From NCBI GenBank assembly GCA_051013385.1, contig CP143273.1, positions 1,120,001-1,184,000 on the forward strand: a DNA stretch of 64,000 nt, written 5' to 3'. The translations under genes and the position numbers were made by a program. The notes below the pieces were generated by a model, which did not search any database, was not told where the DNA came from, and saw nothing but the letters and a program-made list of their open reading frames with translations. Each line of letters starts with the position of its first letter. The first letter of the stretch is position 1. Positions 59,392-64,000 of this stretch are shown one piece after another. Origin of the DNA: Phormidium sp. Lineage in GTDB: Bacteria; Cyanobacteriota; Cyanobacteriia; Cyanobacteriales; Aerosakkonemataceae.

Positions 59392-60421
59392 ATTACAACC
59401 ACGCACTGATGCTTCTTTATATCCTCAATATACCATCGGTCTTCATGCCTGGTTACTCGACCAAGTGCGCTCATTCGATCCAGAATTGTCCGCATATCTT
59501 CACGATGGACAATCAGAAAAACCTTTCACAATTTCTGGACTAGAAGGCGCATTAGTTCCCATTGGCAAAGAATTGCAGGTGCAAGCATCACAAACATATC
59601 GTTGGTATGTAACAGCATTATCCGCAAAAGTGGTGCAATGGTTGACGCAATGGGTGAAAGCATTACCAGCAGAAGTGGCGCTGCGAAATGTACCTTTAAC
59701 AATTCAATCATGCAAAATCGCTCTGCCAGCAACTACTTATAAACAGTTATGGGAAGCAGAAGGCTCATTGCCTACATTAAAATTCAGTTTTATTACGCCA
59801 ACCAGTTTTCGGCGGAAAAAACATCACTTTCCCTTACCATTACCTTTTAATGTATTTCATAGTTACTTGCGGCGATGGAATGATTTTTCGGGAATGCCTT
59901 TTGAGCAAGATGCTTTTTTGGATTGGGTCGATGAAAATGTAATTGTCCAACAAGTCAAACTAGAATCCTGTAAAGTGCAAGCTGGGAAAAAAGGTTCGGT
60001 GACGGGATTTGTGGGTGCGATCGAATATGCTTTAAGTAAAGAAGGTCAAGAACGATCGGAATTTACCCAACTATTCTATGCCTTGGGAAGATTAGCCCCC
60101 TATTGTGGCACAGGTCACAAAACCACTTTTGGTTTAGGACAAACCCGAAACGGATGGGTTTCTCTTCCAGATGTGTCAACGATACCATCAGTAGAAGATT
60201 TGTTAGGGCAGAGAATAGCTCAATTAACAGAAATATTTGTATCACAACGTAAGCGAACTGGAGGCGAAAGGGCGAGGGAAGTTGCCGAAACTTGGGCGAC
60301 AATTTTGGCGAGGCGAGAATTGGGAGAATCTTTGCAGGTAATTGCTGAAGATTTGGAAATGCCTTATCAAACAGTGAAGACATACGCTAAGTTAGCGCGT
60401 GGCGCTTTAAAGTCGGATTAG
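59351..60421 (+). CDS. cas6: Second Cas6 with C-terminal HTH; native start codon lost
   Basis: The frame extends upstream of GTG 59465 (SWSKDTELLGLVFEL...GLHAWLLDQV) to a stop at about 59339 without an ATG. KPFT, TPTSF and GTGHKTTFGLG motifs. Confidence 0.85.
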   Translation, partial: SWSKDTELLGLVFELQPRTDASLYPQYTIGLHAWLLDQVRSFDPELSAYLHDGQSEKPFTISGLEGALVPIGKELQVQASQTYRWYVTALSAKVVQWLTQWVKALPAEVALRNVPLTIQSCKIALPATTYKQLWEAEGSLPTLKFSFITPTSFRRKKHHFPLPLPFNVFHSYLRRWNDFSGMPFEQDAFLDWVDENVIVQQVKLESCKVQAGKKGSVTGFVGAIEYALSKEGQERSEFTQLFYALGRLAPYCGTGHKTTFGLGQTRNGWVSLPDVSTIPSVEDLLGQRIAQLTEIFVSQRKRTGGERAREVAETWATILARRELGESLQVIAEDLEMPYQTVKTYAKLARGALKSD

Positions 60422-60509
60422 TTTTCCTGCGGTTAAGAGTAAGCATAAGCGTGTATCTGCATTTTATATTGGTATAAAATTAAATAGTTTTGTACTTGAT
60501 ACCAAAGAA

Positions 60510-61433
60510 ATGGCTGATATACGTAAGAAAGCAGGTTCAGCATCTCCGTCAACTTGGCATATTAAATGGCAATACAAAACCATAATCTTGATGCTGGGCT
60601 TAATCATTGCCGGATTAATTTGCTTGGCAATTTCTCTGTCGATCGCTCAATATGTATTTTGGTCTTCAGTATTGAGCCAAGTATCCACTGCTCTAATCAT
60701 TAGTGGTGCGTATACAATGGTTTCCGAACTGTTATTAAAAAATGATTTTATTAATACAAACAAAGATAACTTAAACCAAATACTGGCTAATAATCAAGAC
60801 AACTTCGCTCAGTTATGTAGCACCAATAAATCCGTTGCCGAGCAGTTGCTCACAACTAATCAAAATACTTTGAATCAATTAATTAATCAACTACATTTAG
60901 CTGAAGAAGCAAAACTAATAGGGTTAGAGTCGATCGTTGATGGTAATAGTTATTGTGATGAAACACACTGGCTGTTGGAATCGAAAAATTTGCAACTACT
61001 TTTAGTTGACGGAAAAAGCTGGGTATCTCATTATAATGATGTATTGCGAAAAAGATTTAAAGATCCTGAGAAAACAACAACATTCATTTTGCTGCATCCA
61101 GAATCACCAATGTTGTCAATTCATGCAGACAAAGTGACTTCTAATAGGGAAGCCCTTCAGCAGAAAATAGCGGGAACTGTAGCAGCATTGAATCAACTCA
61201 GATATCAAAATACAAAATTACAAATTAAAGGCCATCATCTTTATAATACTTACTCACTGCTGTTAAGTGACACCCATGCAGTAATGAGTCCTTACTTTTG
61301 TGCCAAGGAAAAGAAAAAACCACCGATCTTTATTTTTCAAGACCAGGGTGATGATTCCTACTATCAAAAACTCAAACAGGATTTAGAGTTTCTGGAAAGT
61401 GAAGCAGAAGACATTTCTAACTATACAAAATAA
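60510..61433 (+). CDS. 2-TM membrane protein with a C-terminal alpha/beta (DUF5919/PLD-like) domain
   Basis: Two N-terminal hydrophobic helices, Asn/Gln-rich linker, then FILLHPES...YSLLLSD..AVMSPY. Confidence 0.55.
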   Translation: MADIRKKAGSASPSTWHIKWQYKTIILMLGLIIAGLICLAISLSIAQYVFWSSVLSQVSTALIISGAYTMVSELLLKNDFINTNKDNLNQILANNQDNFAQLCSTNKSVAEQLLTTNQNTLNQLINQLHLAEEAKLIGLESIVDGNSYCDETHWLLESKNLQLLLVDGKSWVSHYNDVLRKRFKDPEKTTTFILLHPESPMLSIHADKVTSNREALQQKIAGTVAALNQLRYQNTKLQIKGHHLYNTYSLLLSDTHAVMSPYFCAKEKKKPPIFIFQDQGDDSYYQKLKQDLEFLESEAEDISNYTK

Positions 61434-61462
61434 CTAAATCTTCCGTTCAGGGAATCAAGTCT

Positions 61463-61590
61463 TAAGCTGTTACGCATTTAAAAGTCTTATGGTAGGGTGC
61501 GTCAGAAGGGGATATTTTCCTTTCTATATCAGGCTTTACCGTCTGACGCACCCTACTCATTAATAAGTTATTTAAATGCGTAACAGCTTA
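61463..61590. mobile_element. MITE with 20-bp terminal IRs enclosing a REP-like GTAG inverted pair
   Basis: TAAGCTGTTACGCATTTAAA...TTTAAATGCGTAACAGCTTA; internal GTAGGGTGCGTCAGA...TCTGACGCACCCTAC. Confidence 0.75.
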
Positions 61591-61751
61591 TTGAGAATTA
61601 GGTTTGCGAAGTTTAGGTTTTGGAGTATTTCCAGTATTACCAGAATTGGGGGATGGTGTACCCCTTTGGAATGCCCTTGAATTGCTGCTACTACTACCAC
61701 TTCCATCTGGATAATTTTTGTTGTAATCATCTTGCATAACTTGGGAAGGCG

Positions 61752-63041
61752 GGTTCTTCCGTACTTACTGTGCTAAATTATTAGGGAAGTGTGAACAGAT
61801 GTAGGATATGAAGAATAGCTTATTAACTAAGTTGCTAAATTTACCAGAAGTTATAGTAGAGTCGAGCCAAGAAACAGAAGATACATTGATTTTATTTGTC
61901 AAATCAGAAAAGAAAACAGCAGTTTGTCCTCGGTGCGGTCAAATAAGTCGTCGTTTGCATCAAAATCAAAGGCATTTAGTAAAGGATTTACCATTGGGTA
62001 ATAGAGAAGTGATTTTATCAGTAAATCGCCGCCGATTTAAATGTGAAAGTTGCCACAAGCCTTTTAGTGAGAGCTTAGATTTTGTGCCGAAAAAGAAAAG
62101 TTTTACACATAGATATGCTGAATCTATTACCCAACAGGTGGTACATAGTGATATTAAGAACGTTGCTGATAACAATGGATTAACTGCTGAAGAAGTAGAA
62201 TCAATGGTGATTTATTTTACTAAATGTATGCTGCCTATTGATTTGAGCAAATTACGAAGATTAGGAATAGATGAAATTAGTTTAGTTAAAGGACAGGGCA
62301 AGTTTATTGTAGTTTTAGTAGACCTGGAAACCCATAAGTTAATCGGGTTAGTGCCAGCTAGAAAACAGATAGAGATAGAGAAAGTTATGCAGCAATGGGG
62401 CGAAAAAGTTTTGGCACAAATAGAAGAAGTAAGTATAGATATGACCGGAAATTATAAATTCTTAATTCACAAAATCTGCCCCAATGCAGAAGTAACAGTA
62501 GACAGATTCCATGTTGTAAAAATGATTCATGAAGAATTAAATCAAGCCAGAATCGACCAAAAGAAGACCGCAGAAGAATTAAATGTTAAAGCCAGAGCCA
62601 AGTTATTTGGCAGCTTAAAAGGCAGCAAATATATATTATTGAAAGCTGAAAATAAATTATCTATCAAACAAAAAGAAAAATTAGAGCTCCTTTAAGGAGC
62701 TTCTCCTTTAGTTGAAATAATGCACTCATTAAAGGAAGAATTACACCAAATATTTGAAGAAAGTGAAAATTTAGGAGAAGGAACATTAAAGTTAATAGAG
62801 TGGTTAGCCATAGCGCAAAATTATTATCGAAAAAGCGTCCCCACAATCAAGCGGTGGTTCGCTGAGATAGTTGGGTATTTTGAAAATCGCACAACCAATG
62901 GAATAGTGGAAGGTATTAATAATAAGCTAAAATTGCAAAAACGCTGTGCCTTCGGTTTTAGGAATTTCCGCAACTTTGAATTAAGAGCTTTACTATTCTG
63001 GCACTTCCCTAATAATTTAGCACAGTAAGTACGGAAGAACC
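61752..63041 (+). mobile_element. ISL3-family IS, copy B
   Basis: 40-bp perfect IR GGTTCTTCCGTACTTACTGTGCTAAATTATTAGGGAAGTG; no 8-bp target duplication. Confidence 0.93.
61808..63028 (+). pseudogene. ISL3 transposase, frameshifted at about 62690
   Basis: CPRCG, LGIDE, IDM and DRFH in ORF1; EGINNKLK..KR.AFGFRNF in ORF2. Confidence 0.88.
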
Positions 63042-63188
63042 GCGATGGTGAAATATGAAAATCGACATTTAGCCAGCCGTGCCAAGTTTACCTGGGATGA
63101 CCAGCGACGAATTTGGGTGAAGAAGATTCGGGAATGCGATCGAGAAAAGCTTCTTCAAGCCTGGGATTTTAGTGTGGAGAGTATTTAA
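63042..63188 (+). pseudogene. 3' fragment of a gene cut by the IS; resembles the C-terminal tail of cyanobacterial DnaQ-like exonucleases
   Basis: AMVKYENRHLASRAKFTWDDQRRIWVKKI... begins exactly at the IS end. Confidence 0.45.
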
Positions 63189-63193
63189 TAACA

Positions 63194-63472
63194 ATGGAAT
63201 TAATTGATGAAAATGGACAGCCCAAGTTTGGTACTTGTTTTCGATGTGGGAGTCCGATTTCTATACCGGGAATCCATATTTACACTTGCAGTAAATGTGG
63301 ATGGGTAGAGACTCCTGAATATCAACAATATTTGTTCAAGTGTCAAAAAGAAGATGAAATCAACAAACGGAATAGAAACTGCTCTACAAGAAAGAAAAAA
63401 ATTGTTGAGGGAATGTCAACAACTTCTGATAAAGATAGCGAACCATCGTTATTGTTTGAAGTTGTTGATTAA
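63194..63472 (+). CDS. Small Zn-ribbon protein
   Basis: CFRCG...CSKCGW. Confidence 0.6.
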   Translation: MELIDENGQPKFGTCFRCGSPISIPGIHIYTCSKCGWVETPEYQQYLFKCQKEDEINKRNRNCSTRKKKIVEGMSTTSDKDSEPSLLFEVVD

Positions 63473-63551
63473 GGCTAAAAATGCACTATCTATCATTGCT
63501 GAGTACAAAGGCGATAGATAGCAGATAATTGTTCTGGAGACTGGATATTAA

Positions 63552-63824
63552 ATGAAATTTATTGACAAAAGCGCAGCCAGTGAAATACTTTCCAAAAGTC
63601 CGCGCACTTTAATCAGATATCGTCAGCAGGGAATTTTGATTGAAGGAATTCATTGTGCCAGGGTAGGAAATGAATGGCTCTACAATGAGGAACTAATCAA
63701 GGATTTAATTACTTGTGGAATGAATCCAAATCATCCCGATCATCAAAGAGCGATCGCTTACTATCAATCCCAGAAATTAGGGAATCAGCTTAAAAATCGT
63801 CGGCAAAAATATCAGGTAACTTAG
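63552..63824 (+). CDS. Excisionase-like HTH protein
   Basis: A.EILSKSPRTL.RYR..G.LIEGIH...WLYN.ELI; convergent with the integrase. Confidence 0.75.
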   Translation: MKFIDKSAASEILSKSPRTLIRYRQQGILIEGIHCARVGNEWLYNEELIKDLITCGMNPNHPDHQRAIAYYQSQKLGNQLKNRRQKYQVT

Positions 63825-64000
63825 TTTTGTTGACCACACCAGCATAATGTTGATACAAAGTCTTCACGTTATGACCAGTCAGTTCCGCAACATTAACTGG
63901 ATTCATACCTTTTTCTAGAGCATGAGAAACCAAAGTATGGCGTGTAGTGTAAGGTTTGCGGTAGGGAATACCTAAACTAGTTAAAACAGGCTTCCAAGCG
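63790..64000 (-). CDS. Tyrosine recombinase/integrase, C-terminal part (runs off the window end)
   Basis: Translated by hand: AWKPVLTSLGIPYRKPYTTRHTLVSHALEKGMNPVNVAELTGHNVKTLYQHYAG...DDF*, containing the catalytic RH, GH and Y residues. Confidence 0.9.
   Translation of the reverse strand, partial: AWKPVLTSLGIPYRKPYTTRHTLVSHALEKGMNPVNVAELTGHNVKTLYQHYAGVVNKTKLPDIFADDF

Larger units (their letters stand above)
16140..64000. mobile_element. Putative integrated element (ICE/prophage-like island) with integrase at the right end; left boundary obscured
   Basis: Phage/plasmid-type small genes, methyltransferases, RdRP-like polymerase and HU, with xis/int at 63552-64000. No housekeeping genes in the interval. 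att sites not seen. Confidence 0.5.

Noticed and set aside
61749..63044. GCG on both sides of ISL3 copy B as a target duplication
   Set aside because: ISL3 normally duplicates about 8 bp, and the two flanks belong to different gene fragments on opposite strands.
1..64000. Frequent GCGATCGC palindromes; search for tRNA and rRNA genes
   Set aside because: HIP1 is a genome-wide cyanobacterial feature. No tRNA or rRNA gene was recognised.

Overview
Cyanobacterial DNA (abundant HIP1 GCGATCGC) in four blocks. (1) 1-15.65 kb: the 5' part of a minus-strand NRPS cluster that looks like a cyanopeptolin (Ahp-cyclodepsipeptide) pathway, with A-domain codes read as Asp-Thr-Ala-Ahp precursor-aromatic and a truncated FkbH-like starter gene upstream. 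(2) 16-33.3 kb: a phage/ICE-like accessory region with two orphan DNA methyltransferases, an IscB-derived chimera, a SLOG protein, Calx-beta/collagen proteins, an 897-aa RdRP/YonO-like two-barrel RNA polymerase, an HU-GYF_2 fusion and a NuiA-like protein. Seven of its minus-strand genes carry the same motif about 30 nt upstream of the start codon. (3) 33.5-54.7 kb: a complete type I-B (MYXAN-type) CRISPR-Cas locus with a WYL regulator and two large arrays (28 and about 105 repeats) that use different repeats. Its control region holds a degenerate mini-array whose spacer matches the putative cas promoter next to an ATG PAM (mismatches at positions 6 and 12), a second mini-array with a third repeat type, and an ISL3-derived MITE. 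(4) 54.7-64 kb: two ISL3 elements without canonical target duplications, decayed remnants of a second CRISPR locus (cas1, csx18, cas6), and an excisionase/tyrosine integrase pair. The integrase suggests that blocks 2-4 lie in an integrated element. All calls come from reading the sequence and motifs by eye; no searches were run.
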